Shown here one piece after another: positions 1 to 14,450 of a stretch of 64,000 bases of DNA. The stretch is from assembly GCF_009914755.1 (NCBI RefSeq), contig NC_060941.1, one strand, 5' to 3'. Made by a program: the position numbers and the translations under genes. Positions within the stretch are counted from its first letter, which is position 1; the number at the start of each line of letters is the position of its first letter. The notes below the pieces were generated by a model. It did not search any database, had not been told where the DNA came from, and saw nothing but the letters and a program-made list of their open reading frames with translations. This stretch comes from the human T2T-CHM13v2.0 reference genome, Homo sapiens.

Positions 1-277
1 TTCCACATGGCTAGGGAGGCCTCACAATCATGATGGAAGGTGAAAGGCACATCTCACATGACGGCAGACAAGACAAAATGAGAACCAAGCAAAAGGGGGT
101 TTCCTTTATAAAACCATCAGATCTTGTGAGATTTATTCACTACCATGAGAACAGTATAAGGGGAAACCTTCCCCATGATTCAATTATCTCCCACCAGATT
201 CCTCCCACAACACATGGGAATTATGGGAGCTACAATTCAAAAGGAGATTTGAGTGGGAACGCAGCCAAACTATATCA
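1..277 (-). mobile_element. THE1-type MaLR solo LTR (THE1B-like), cut by window start
   Basis: Matches the reverse complement of the THE1 consensus (ggaggcctcacaatcatg...ccatcagatcttgtgaga...cagccaaactatatca). Confidence 0.9.
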
Positions 278-680
278 GATGCTTTTTTACTGCTCAATGG
301 TATTTGCCAAAGGCACAGTTTTCAAAATCACCTTGACATTTCACTTGACATGGCTGCTTCACCTCTGCTTACAAATAAGTTTTGTTTCTAATCAGAACTA
401 CTGATTACAGATCGAGATTGTGTTAAACTTATGGTGATCACAAACAAATAAAATGTTGGGGCCCTTCCCTGAAGAGTTAACGGTATCTCTTGGAAAGAAA
501 AACTAACAGATATGTTGGGACCAAAATATACACAGAATTGAAAAAAAACACACACACATAAAAGAAGTTTTATATTCGTAATGGATCTAGTATACTAAGT
601 AGCATAATAAATAACTCACTTTAAACCTGAATTTTTTCTAGGTAATATGCCTTAAATACCATGTATTACTTTCACTTATA

Positions 681-901
681 CCAAGGTTTCAAAATCTCAT
701 CACTGCCAACATTTGTACCAGATAATACTTTGTTGTGGGAACTGCTCCGTGCGTTGCAGAATGTTTAACAGCATAAATGGACTCTATCTGGTAGATGCCA
801 GTTGCACTGTTGCTGCATTTATAACAACCAAAATTGCCTCCAGACATTGCCAAATGTCCCCTGAGAGGGGGGACAGTCTCATCTCCAGTAGAGAATCATT
901 G
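681..901 (-). mobile_element. MER20 hAT-Charlie DNA transposon relic
   Basis: ctccagacattgccaaatgtcccctg and tagatgccag are diagnostic MER20 blocks in reverse orientation. Confidence 0.8.
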
Positions 902-1059
902 ATTATAGAGTGATTATAAAGAGTGTGATTTTTTTTTTCCTGTAGAGGATAGGGGAATCTAACCAATGAGGTTATTCCTAAGTGTCTCATCTCTAGATGA
1001 AAATGAAATTATATGCCATCAACTCAAACAGGAGCTGGGAGGGAAGTAGGATAGGAGGT

Positions 1060-1258
1060 AGAAGTATCCACATTCTACCACTTTCTAACTGTGTTTTTCG
1101 GGGGCAAGTTATTTAATCCCTCTAAGCTACTGTTCCTATGAAACAGCTGTGAAATAAAAATAATAATAGAAATCAGCTCCAAAGGTTGCTGTATGTAAAG
1201 CACTTAGCAAATGCTTAATACTCTGCAAGCACTTTGCAAATGATAATCATTACTATTG
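1060..1258 (+). mobile_element. MIR SINE
   Basis: ggcaagttatttaatccctctaagc...gtaaagcacttagca, MIR core and tail. Confidence 0.7.
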
Positions 1259-1448
1259 TGACCTTTCTTGAGCCAAATAGCCACCGTCACCTGCATCCTA
1301 TACTTAGGAGTCTGCAGAACTATTTTAGCATGCTTTACTCAACATGGGTTTGTCTCTATGGGAATAAACATTTTAATTTCTCCATTTACTTTGTTTCAAA
1401 GAATAACTTCCAGACTAGTTACAAATGTTTGCTTATATGGTAAGATTA

Positions 1449-1773
<325 letters not shown>

Positions 1774-3552
1774 AAAAGTATAAGAACTATCATGTGTAAT
1801 TTTCCTAGAGGAAAATGCAATTTTTAAATCCCACTGGAGGATCCAGGACATCCTCGTCACTTTTGGCAAAGAAATAACTGTCCCCGCTGTAAGTAGGTCT
1901 ATTTCCATTCACTCAGCTACATCAGGTCCTCTGTTGGAAACAAAGAACCTACAAGAGAGGGGGAAGAGAGTGCTTTACATAAGGACTGGTGGAAAAGTAG
2001 AGACAGGATCTCTGAGGGAGCAGAGGGGGAGGTGGTGTTGGGCCACATACAACCTATTCCCTGTAGGGGTACAGGTGGGGACAATGAAGCAGTTGGGTAG
2101 TTTCTGGTGGTGGTGGCAATGCCACTGCTGCTGGGATCGTTCTCCTGGAGGTAGAAACTTTGTCTCTGAAACTCTGTCTTTGAGAGAGGTATAGCCTTTA
2201 AAGAGGGCTTTCATAAGGCAAGCAGTGATGTTATCAGCACCTATGGATGTTCACAGTTCCAGTTCCTGTAGGCACCCCCGAGGTCTCCTCATATTGTAGC
2301 AGTCCTGAGATAGGGGACAGGGCAGGGAAGGCAGCAGTTTCCCTGGGTGGCCCCAAGGGTTGGGAGCCCCCAGGTCAAGTGGCTGGTAGATTGTAATGAC
2401 TTGCTTGGAATCATCTTGCCTACACCATCTGGTAGGCCCATTGTACCAGCAAGAAAGTGAAAGTTGTGATAACTACTGAGTTGGCAAATACAGCTTGACT
2501 TAGGCGAGAGTCCTTCTGTTCTTATTCAGAAACTCCATAAAAGACAGATTAGGTCGGATAGCAAACCGGACAGCTAAAAATATATAGAGGTAGACAAGCA
2601 GTTCTATAGATCCTGGGTGGGGAGTGAGGAGAAAGTCCCCTGATCATTTGTGACTCAACCCTTGGACCTTCCTGAAATGTAGGAAACAGCAGTTCATGTA
2701 AATTCTATAAATAGTTGTATAAGCAAAGTTTTTCTTCTGATGCAGAAAAAAATTAAAACATTCTCTGGAGAAAACATGATCTTTTCTCCATGTTTTAGTT
2801 GTCAGTTTTGACAAGAACGATACAAGCTAATTAAATTTCTGTTAATTTATTTTGTCTGATTCAGTGACTGCCTGTCACACAAATCCCTCAATAAGTAAGA
2901 TTTCTCTCTGCTATAAACTTTCTCCTCTTTCTCTGAAATGCCATTAGATAAACGCACGAAAAGTGGACCTATTTTACTCAAATAAACACTAAAAGCACTT
3001 AAACTCAATCCGCCCTCAATACTTCAACTCCTCATGTCTGCTTTGGAGGGAACCTAACTCTTTCCAGCTTATAAATCTCCAATTGAGACCATTACCCTTT
3101 ATGAAAGAAATGTCTTTATGTAGATAAAATGCAAAGATGAAGTTGAGAATTGATGGCAGATGAAACAGAGGAATATGTCGCATTCCTATTTGCCTTGACA
3201 TTCACAAGGAGTATTTTCTCATATTATTCCTCTTTGAAATAAAATTTGAGATTGACACTGTGTCATCTCTTCAATCTTAGTTATCTAGAGTGACTGAAGT
3301 CTTTATCTACTTGTCAAGAGTGATAAGATGAAGTTGCATTATCATACATGAACAGAGCTTGATGTTTGAATAGATATCAACATACTTGACAATAGTGGTT
3401 GTCTATTTAAATTTTCTTTTCTGCACCATTTTCATTGAAGGCTCAATCCTTCCTCATTTTTTGAGACTTAGCCCAAACGTCACCTCTACTACAAATTCTG
3501 CTCTGTCTTCACCCTACTCCTATTGTCATGATCACCCTAGACGAACATTTTC

Positions 3553-3954
3553 TGTGTTAGGTCATTTGTGCATCTCTATAAGGAAGTACCTGAGGCTGGG
3601 TAATTTATAGAGAAAAGAGATTTAATTGACTCATGATTCTGCAGGCTGTACCAGTATGGTTCCAGCCTCTCCTTCTGGTGAAGGTCTCAGGAACCTTACG
3701 ATCATGGCGGAAGGTGAAGGGGGAGCAGGCACATTACATGGTGACAGCAGGGGCAAGAGAGAAGAGGGAAAGGTGCCATACATTTAAACACCCAGATTTC
3801 ACAAGAATTCATTGACAATTGTGAGGACAGCACCAGGTCATTCATGAGAGCTCTGCACCCATGAGCAAAACACCTCCCACCAGGCCCCACCTCCAACACT
3901 GGGGCTTTCATTTCAACATGAGATTTGGAAAGGACAAACATCCAAACTGTATCA
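3553..3954 (-). mobile_element. MST-type MaLR solo LTR (MSTB-like)
   Basis: tgtgttagg...ctgaggctgggtaatttata...ccaggccccacctccaacactggg...atccaaactgtatca. Confidence 0.88.
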
Positions 3955-4454
3955 ACATTGTACTTAGCTTTTATCAGTCTGCATGGTATTTTTTGTTTGT
4001 CTGCATGTCTGTTAGGTTACTATAACCTCTTGGAAGTATGTCCTGAAATCCCTCACTGAGAGGATAAGGAGAACAAAAGAAGGGGCAGGAAGTAGAGCAA
4101 AGAGAGGAGACACGTAGGAAGAAAGATGGAAGGGAGAGAAGGGATCTTTTTCCTAATGTAGCTGCTGGTCTATCCTTTAGACAAGAGAAAATCTCACATT
4201 GATGTGTTCTTGGCTTCCTGGGGCTCATACATCATTTTGTTCATGTTCATTATCACTAAGCACAACACTCATATTTTAGCTGTATGTATTCACAAGACCT
4301 TACTCAGAGTGGACAATATTCAGAATCAACCTTTAGAATCTCAACAGAGTTTTATATTGGGTTTGGTTTCTTTTGCTGTTCTTTTGTATATTCAAAGCAA
4401 AAATTATTGATTATACATATGTTGATATGCTAATATTGATAATGATATCTAATA

Positions 4455-4660
4455 CACCGAACACTTGTTTGTTCCAAGCACTTTGCCTGTACAAACTGAC
4501 TTAATCGTCAGAACAACCTTGTGGATAGGTACTATTGTCATCCCCATTTTAGGGGTGAGAAAACTGAAGAAGAAAGATCTAAAATAAATTACCTGTGGTC
4601 ATAAAATTAGTAAGTGGCAAAGCCCAGATTTAAACCAGAGGAGAAAGAGCCCATGCTCTG
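4455..4660 (-). mobile_element. MIR SINE
   Basis: tactattgtcatccccattttaggggtgagaaaactga...agtaagtggcaaagcccagatttaaacc. Confidence 0.75.
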
Positions 4661-5616
4661 AACAGCCTAGTGACCAATTGCATGACTATTAGAAGTGCCT
4701 TCAATAGAGTCAGTCAACAAGCATTTTATTTGCTGACATTTGATAAATCAGTTTTGTGTTGAATGTATGGACATGGCTCAAAGTAAAATTTCAACAATTG
4801 ATCCTCTAAGCACTCTCCTTTCTGTGCTCTCACAATAGAAATATTCTTTTGTCAACCTTATAGTTTTTGGTGGACATCTGTGCCTTTTTTTTAAGACTCT
4901 AAGCCTCATGGGAATTTATTCATGATCACATACTTCACAACTGTTTTTGCTGAATAAAATAAAATGGCTTAAGATAGAGTTAAATGCTCCTTTCTCCCTA
5001 CTGCTCATCAGAAATACAACTATTAACTCCTATATGCATTCGTCTGATTCTATCCCATATTCAGGGATTTAATATAAACTTTAAGTTTTATCATTACTAC
5101 AGACCTCTTTTTGAATTTCATATAGGGTTGAAAACTTTGTGATGAGTTTTCTTGGTTTTTGGAAATGCCTTTAAAAAAACTGGATTGAGAATTTTAATCG
5201 AGGGAGGCAAGCAGGGGCCATGATGCCCAGACTACCAATTGAATTCCTTAGAAACAGTTAAGAATTTCCTTTGTTTGGCATTAGTCATTTTGAAGGAACT
5301 TCACATTCAAAGAACCTTTTAATACCAGCACAGGAGTCTTGTTATGTTGTCTTGCATAATGTGGTCACTTCTGCATAAAAGCATCTGTATTTTTTAATTC
5401 TCCTTGGCAGCCGAAGATTCAGGTACGTGACTTTACACTCATAGACACTCTGGCTCATTAACTGTTCCCTCCCCCTTGCCCCCCACTTCTTTCCTCTCTT
5501 CTCTGTAACTGGAATTCACTCACAGAACATGCTGCACTCTTCCTCAACTCAAACTGAGTATCCAGGGGCAAGAAATTGAAGAGCAGTCCGTTACTAAAGA
5601 GATAGTGCCACAGATT

Positions 5617-5630
5617 TGCTGAGTCACCTC
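5617..5630 (-). promoter_or_regulatory. Candidate NRF2/BACH-sMaf ARE with embedded AP-1 site
   Basis: TGCTGAGTCAC at 5617-5627, read as GTGACTCAGCA on the minus strand and followed by AAT; lies in non-repeat DNA. Motif evidence only. Confidence 0.3.
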
Positions 5631-7380
5631 GTGATATGAATTGATTTTCTAGTGCTCCAGTAAGCTCAATCTCAAGTGCATACCAAGTGAAATGCATGAC
5701 TATTAGGTGATGTTCCCTTTAAGTTTCTCTTATTTTATATCACTTTAAGTCTAGAGTGGTTATTGGATATTTTCTGGTTCAAGATTGGTATTCCTAAGAG
5801 TTTTGCAGTGGATAAAAAGCGGCTATGTGCATAACCATTGAATGAGCATACCTACCTCTCTAAAAGTAGATTTGGGTTACTGCATAGCTGCCATGTGACC
5901 AAAAACAGCACCAGGGAAGAGAACAAGTTGGCACATGGAAGAGGGTAGCAAACATATAGTAGATTGCCAGCCCTGCATTACTACTTGATACATGAGAAGA
6001 TGGAGGTGACATCCACACCTCGCCAGAAAGGCAGTCAGTCATCTGCTCCCCTCTTCCAAAGAGGGTCAGGCCCATTACTTTATGACATACACTTCCAGAG
6101 GAACATGAATGTTAATAGCTTTCCCTATAACGAAGCTCCTTTCCAGCAGCAGAAAGTACGCAGAGGGAGGTGAGCTCTGAAATACAAGGAGGCTTCATGT
6201 AGAGTTTAGAACTAAAGTCTGTCTGATTTAAGTCACTAGGTTATCCAAATTCAGGGAAAATGACTATTACATTACACTTATAATCTTCATTTCCTCTCTG
6301 ACCTTGAATATACCTTCGCGTTTTCTAAACCTGCCCAGGGAGAAGTTAATGTCCATTCCAGACCAGAAAGACCAGGGCTTTTACATGTTTTAGCCGAAAG
6401 CTAGTAATGTGGTAGCTTTGCCCAACCAGGCAGTGATTTCTGTAGTTTGATGGGAGAGGAAAAATGGCCCCGTCTCCTTGGAGAGGATGCAAGGATGAGT
6501 TCTCAGTCTGGGGACATAATGGATCATAGCCCAGGTTCACAGTCTTCTAATCCCCCCACCTGAATGGCCTTAAATGTTCAGTAAATTAGGCTCCAATGTG
6601 ATTAGTCACTTCATAAGTGGCCTTTTTGGGGAAAATTTGCCAGGACAACTGTTGAGTGATGTCTCAATTTATGGCTCAAGGGGGACAAGGCATCTCTGGT
6701 AATGCCATTAAGTGGAGAAAGATGAATGTAAATGTACCATTTTCTCCTTTCAGTGGTAACTTTAAAATGTTTTTAAATATTTTTGGCCCCATCATCATGG
6801 CATTACTGCTGCCCATGGAGGAAGAGATGGGGGTTCCAAAGGAAAAGAGGAAAACACTTAAATGGAGCTCCTCAGATTTCTCCACTTTTACAGCACAAAA
6901 TATTTTTTCTCCTTACTATTGCATGACGAAAAAAAAGTAATAATGTTCTGCTCTCAAAGCTTGGATTCTTCAGTTCAGGCTGTTAAAGATTTAATACACT
7001 TTCTGCAGTAAGGAATAGGAGTGAATGCCTGTACAAGTTGCAAGGCACAACCCATGATGGCATTGACAAAGCAACATCGTGGCCCTCATGTCTCTGTTTG
7101 CTGCAACAGAGCTGAGGTCTGTAGGTGCTCAAGGACACAAATCAGGGAGGGCTGCTGAGTCCTCAAGCAAGATTAAATTGTTAAGAATACCTAACGTGGG
7201 CCCGTTTTAATACCTTTCCTTTCATCTGGGCTCTTAATTCCTCACCTAGGATACAAATAAGAACTGAGCCACAGAATGTGAGGTGGGATCTAAAAATAGA
7301 CTAGGCCTACTCATTCAATAATACCCTAAAGGTTATGGATTTCTGTTACAGACAAAAACAAACTTATTTCCTCACAGTGT

Positions 7381-7529
7381 GGGGAAGGAAGGAAGGAATG
7401 AAGGAAAGAAGGAAGGAAGGAAGGGAGAGAGGGAGGGAGGGAAGGAGGGGAAAGGGAAGGAGGGGAAAGGGAAGGAGGGGGAAGGAAAGAGAGGGGAAGG
7501 GAAGGGAAGAGTGAAGGGAAAAGAAAAAA
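7381..7529 (+). repeat. Polypurine (GGAA/GGGA)n low-complexity tract
   Basis: About 150 bp, almost entirely A/G. Confidence 0.95.
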
Positions 7530-8434
7530 TTTGCCAAGCATGCCCAGACTAATTAGAGGAGGGCAATCGCTTCCTTGGACACACTCTGTCTAGATGTGAA
7601 ATCGCAGAGTTCCTCTGGTCACTTCCATGCCTGCTTTATGGATCACAAAAATCACTCCCAATGGAGGCAGTTTTCACCTTGGTAGTGTAAGGGCCTTGGT
7701 TTGTGGAGGTTCCCAACTCCTCAGCTCCAATAACAGTGGATGGAGCCTCTTCTTTGGGTCAGGTTGGCTCCTCTTCACCAAGTGAAAGCACATCAAGTCT
7801 GCCACTGTACCCTGCCAAGTCTGACATGGTGATGATGTGCAGAATAATCGTTATGAAGGGCTCTATGTACAAGACATGCATGTAAACCATTGCCATGCCT
7901 ATTTAATAATAATAATGACTATCATTTATGATTTTATTTTAAAAATGCATCACGTAACACCCATTTTAAAGACACAGTGAGGAGGATTTTTGTTGTTGTA
8001 GTAAGTCATAAAACAATGTACGTTAATAAAAGGTCCCTATGTGATGGAGAGGGTAGCTTTGTGTTTGTGAACCAGGTCTATACCTATGAGCAGTAACTTG
8101 AAGCAGGAATAAAAAACTATCTGCTGCCTTACCTAGTTCAAGAAGATCCACTTTATTTCATTGTGTGTATTTGTTTGCGTAGGTTAGGAGGGAGGGGATA
8201 GAAGATTTACAATTGCTACACCTAACACCCACATTTGTCCTTTATAAACAATCAATTATTAATGTTTAATCTAATCATCTCACCATTAAAAAACCTTTTA
8301 TGATTTTGAGCTTCAAATGGTCCCTTGTTAGCGCAATTCCATAGTAACAGATTCAGGACACGTACAGTAAAGATGGAAGAAACTGGCAAGAAGGATCCGA
8401 AGCTTGGCACAGGCACAGGAAGCTGACCTGGCTA

Positions 8435-8863
<429 letters not shown>

Positions 8864-8949
8864 TTAACTCAGATTTTGCCTCCTGTTATTCAGATCTTGG
8901 TCTTTCCAGATTATATAGAAAATCTGATATATTTCTCACTTGCTCCTCG

Positions 8950-9095
8950 CTTTCTGTGAGATGGGCAGTGAGGATATTATTATCCCATTATTCCATTTAC
9001 ACCAAGGAAACTGATGCAAAGTGACAGGCCCAAAGTCACACAGCTTGTAAGTCATAACGCCAGGACATAGACCCAGTGTCTGGACAGTTCAAAGA
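8950..9095 (-). mobile_element. MIR SINE fragment
   Basis: ggaaactga...cccaaagtcacacagcttgtaagt. Confidence 0.65.
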
Positions 9096-9352
9096 TGAGT
9101 GGTTTTTTTTGTTTTTGTTTGTTTTTTAAAACAAGCAGTCCACTCTTAGAACCTTCTAGTTGATACTGCCCAAGACATCAAACTGAAATTCTTCGTTCAG
9201 AGTCCATGGTCCTTTTGGTGATGTATGCATGAGTTTCTCAGGGGACTCATGACTCCTCCTCAAAATGTCACATGAAAGTTTGTGGTAGGAGCACGTTTGC
9301 CTCCATCTGCAGGATAAGTCTTCACCCTTCACTGAACAGACTGGAATCCCAC

Positions 9353-9715
9353 TGTATTACAATTCTGCTATAAAGAACTGCCTGAGACTGGGTAATATAT
9401 AAAGAAAAGAGGTTTAATTGACTCACAGTTCAGCATGGCTGAGGAGGCCTTGGGAAACTTACAATCATGGCAGAAGGTGAAGCAGGCACCTTCTTCACAA
9501 GGCAGCAGGAAGGCGTGAGTGCAAGGAAGGGAAATGCCAGATGCTTATAAAACCATTAGATCCCATGAGACTCATGCACTATCATGAGAACAACATGGTG
9601 AAAACTACCCCCATGATCCAATCACCTCCTACTGGGTCCTTTCATCAACATGTGGGGATTATGGAGATTACAATTCAAGATGAGATTTTGGTGGGGACAC
9701 AGCCAAATCATATCA
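9353..9715 (-). mobile_element. THE1D/MSTA-type MaLR solo LTR
   Basis: tgtatta...catatca termini; perfect 5-bp TSD CCCAC (9348-9352, 9716-9720). Confidence 0.92.
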
Positions 9716-11219
9716 CCCACTGATGTTTTAGAATATGCTGGAAATGTGGGAAGATGCCGCTACGCTCAATCCCTGCCATTTTTCCACCCAAAAATTCCTA
9801 AAGAAGACTCATATGACCAGAAGAAAACAGGGCAGCACTTAGGTTTGTTCTTTGTCTATGTCAAAACAATCTCACACATGCCTCGGGAACTCAGAATCGA
9901 CACTGACGCTTTCCTTTATTCCATGTATGGAAGATTACATGGATTACATGAATAGATGAGAAGGAAAGTTTGGCTTTGGTTTTTAACATAATAAGAAGTC
10001 TGCAGGGAGATGTTTTTCTCACTTAAATGTTGAATTCTTGGACAAAATGGGTATTGGACTTCACAAGAGTTTTAGAGTTTGAGACAGGTTGAGGAGGGGC
10101 AGACAGGTGAACTGAGGCAGTGGGCAAAGAGATCATTGACAGGATGCAGACGATGTTTATCTTTCAACCACCAAGGGCACACGGTGGCCAGGTCTGGCAC
10201 GGGTTGGTGAGTTGCAGTTCCCCTTTTGTGCCTCTGCCAAACCTCCTTAATCTTGAGGTGTAGAACATTTGCTGCCTTAGCCCGGGCCTCGCCAGAGCTC
10301 AGCTACTGGGCAGGAATGCTTCCTTTCCTAGGTCAGGCTGTCCAGACAGGGTCCTTCAGGGGCCTGGTCTGTCTGTCAGACTCTTTTCCATCCTCAGTCA
10401 CCAGGGTACAGAGTCACGAACAAAAATACTCCACTAATGCTTTGGTTTTCCTGTGACCCTGCAGTCCAGGAAAAAGGATGTCTAGCACGAAATTTTTCTG
10501 TGTTCAAGATGCAATGTGGTCTAGTGGGAACGCTTCAGGGCTGAAAATTTGGAGACTTGTCTCCAAAATCAAGCTTTAGCACTAGTTCTGTGACCCTGGG
10601 CACATAATATGAACTAGTAATTAAAGAGGAGCTCAACTGATCTAGCTGCCTGATCTTGTGAAATCTTCATATATAGAGAAAATAGAGAGATGAAATCATA
10701 AGTGAACAGAAAACTAAGAGCTAGATTTGTAGCTAGCTCTGGCACATGCACTAGATGGTCTAGAATGTATTTTGTGTCCTGACTTCACCCCTGGCTTCAT
10801 CTTATCTTCCAAGCTTTATATTCCATTTCAATATGATTTTTTCCACTTTTTATATTGCTATGGCTATGTATATTTTCAAAGCTGTCTTAAATAACTTTTG
10901 AAAACATGCATAGCAGAAAGGAAGAAAAAAAAACGAAGACAGAAAAGCTAGATGCCATTCAGCAATAACTGCCATCATTTCATTATTATCTCACTGAAAT
11001 CCCAGCAAATATTTTCCTTTTCTAAATATTTGTTACCTAATTCATGGCTTCTGCTGTACCCCAAATCCTACCATCATCATGAATGACAAGGACAACCCCT
11101 TTTACATTCTGGCTTCTCAAATGCTTGGTCTTTTTATCTCCATTGACCCACAATTCCTGGAATTTTTGCATCTCTGAAATTGTAAATTCAGACAGATCCT
11201 TTCTATGGACTAAACCTCT

Positions 11220-12068
<849 letters not shown>

Positions 12069-12171
12069 TGCCTACGCATCAGTTTCTCAACACAGTCTCC
12101 CATTCTTCTACCTCCCTCATGAAGTAACTCTAATATACTAGTTATGTGTCTTCACCAGTATCTTTAGTCTT

Positions 12172-12378
12172 AAGACATTCAATATGATAACCACCAGCCA
12201 CATGTGCCTATTAAGGTTTAAATCAATTAAAGATAAGTAGAATTTAAAATTCCATTTCTCAATCTCACTGGACACATTTTGAGTGCTCAATAGTAACCTG
12301 TGGATAGTAGCGCCATATTCAGCGACACAGATTGACAGCATTTCTATCATTAAAGAACATTCCATTGGACATTAGTGC
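12172..12378 (-). mobile_element. MER3 hAT-Charlie DNA transposon relic
   Basis: ccagccacatgtgcctatt...gtgctcaatagtaacctgtggatagtagc...ccattggaca. Confidence 0.8.
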
Positions 12379-12379
12379 T

Positions 12380-12720
12380 CTTCCATCCACTCACCCAAGC
12401 CTGGAACCTAGGTATTACCTTGATATCTTCTCACAAAATTCTGGCCATTTTACTGTCTAAAAAGCTCCTGAATATTCTCAGTCTCTGCTACAAAAAGCTC
12501 CTGAATATTCTCAGTCTCTGCTACTCTTCATTTAGTGAAGTTTCAAATCATCTGTAACCCAGATTACTAAATTACTCTAATTTTCTCAGAATGCAGCCAC
12601 AATGCCCTTTTTAAAGTGACTGTTTCCTAAGTAAAGCCATTTGTCCACTCCTCTTAGGATAAACCCTAAGATGGAAAATGACTTACAATGCTCTTCATTA
12701 TCCAGATGTTTCTCAGTTTT
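12380..12720 (+). mobile_element. L2 LINE fragment
   Basis: ccatccactcacccaagcctggaacctagg...cttaggataaaccc, L2 3' region. Confidence 0.55.
12459..12524 (+). repeat. Perfect 33-bp tandem duplication
   Basis: aaaaagctcctgaatattctcagtctctgctac at 12459-12491 and 12492-12524. Confidence 0.97.
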
Positions 12721-12774
12721 GTAACCTCCATTTGTTCCCACTTTCCCCATGTCCTAGTTTGAATTATAGGAAGA

Positions 12775-12970
12775 AGCACACAGTATGGAAGTTAAGAGTG
12801 TGGATTCTGGTACCCATGACTTGGGTTCAAATCCCAGTTCTCTTTTTATTGTTTTCTTCCTCTGTAAAATTCAGGTAATAATAGTTTCTATACTAGAAGG
12901 TTCATTTGAAGACACATTGAAGTACTAGTATAATGAATGGCATACATTAGATGTCTAATAAACATTTTTC
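12775..12970 (+). mobile_element. MIR SINE
   Basis: gttaagagtgtggattctgg...ttgggttcaaatcccagttc...ttcctctgtaaaat. Confidence 0.7.
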
Positions 12971-12991
12971 AGATTAATAAATGAACTATAA

Positions 12992-13335
<344 letters not shown>

Positions 13336-13519
13336 CTACAGTTTTTAAAATACAATATCCAAATAACAATGCTGTATAAGCTAAATCTCTTATGCGTTTA
13401 GTGTAATAAAGTATAGTACTGATATATGAAAAGAGCACATATTGGCCATGCTTTAGAAGGTGGTACTTTTGGGCAACAGAATATTCTAGCTCATACCAAA
13501 TGAATACTGTTCATTGAAC

Positions 13520-13878
13520 TATATTAGTTCATTTTCACACTACTGATAAAGACATACCCAAGACTGGGCAATTTACAAAAGAATGACGTTTATGAGACTT
13601 ATAGTTCCACGTGGCTGGGGAGGCCTCACGATCATGGCAGAAGGTGAAAGACACATCTCACATGGAGGTAGACAAGAGAAGAGAGCGTGTGCACAAAAAC
13701 TCCCATTTTTAAAACCATCAGATCCAATGAGACTCATTCACTATCATGAGAACAACACAGGAAAGACCTGTACCCCTAATTCAATCACCTCCCACTGGGT
13801 TCCTCCTACAACACTTGGAAATTGTGGGAGTTATAATTCAAGATGAGATTTGGGTGGGGACACAGCCAAACCATATCA
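13520..13878 (-). mobile_element. THE1 (A/B-like) MaLR solo LTR
   Basis: tatattagttcattttcac...gataaagacatacccaagactggg...cacagccaaaccatatca. Confidence 0.92.
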
Positions 13879-13959
13879 TAAAGTAAACAATACACGTACA
13901 AAAAGCCCATTTATTACAACTGAAGTAAATCTAGTATAAATGCAACACAATACAAATAA

Positions 13960-14450
13960 TACTGTGAACAAAACATGACTCCTTCCTGATGCCTTCTTCT
14001 TAGTGGGGGGAAAAAAAGAAAATAAAATATGCAAATAAAGATGTAATAAATGTCAGAAAATAATAAGTTCCATGAAAAACAGTTTAAGACACAAGAAATT
14101 GGGGACACAAAGAGTAGTGGGTGAGCAGGGTGCTGTTGTGAACAGGCAGCTAAGGAGGAAAGCCTATTTGAGAAGGTGACACCTGAACTGGGGACCAAAT
14201 GGAGGGAGCAAGCCCTGCAAATGTATGAGAGCAGAGCATTCCAGGAAGAAGGCAGAGTGTGTGCAAGCCCGAGTTAGAATGGGTTTTATTTAGGAAATCT
14301 GTGCAGCTCCATAGAAATGAGCATGGGGAGCTGTGAAAGAAGTGGGGTCAGAGGAGTCGTCAGGACTCAGATTATACGGGACTTTTTAAGTCATGGGAAA
14401 GACTGCATTTTATTCCAATTCCTGTAGAAAGTCATAGAGCTCTCTAACCA
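13960..14450 (-). mobile_element. L2 LINE fragment
   Basis: gagaaggtgacacctgaactg...agagcattccaggaagaagg...gcaagccc. Confidence 0.7.

Noticed and set aside
30-404. 124-aa ORF with apparent paralogues at 9541-9723 and 13583-13846 (KPSDLVRFIHYHEN motif)
   Set aside because: The shared peptide is THE1/MST LTR sequence read in frame, not a gene family.
2766-2790. Short perfect hairpins (TGGAGAAAA-N7-TTTTCTCCA here; AACAACAGT-CA-ACTGTTGTT at 14473-14492)
   Set aside because: 9-bp arms are expected by chance in 64 kb of AT-rich DNA and are too short for a pre-miRNA.
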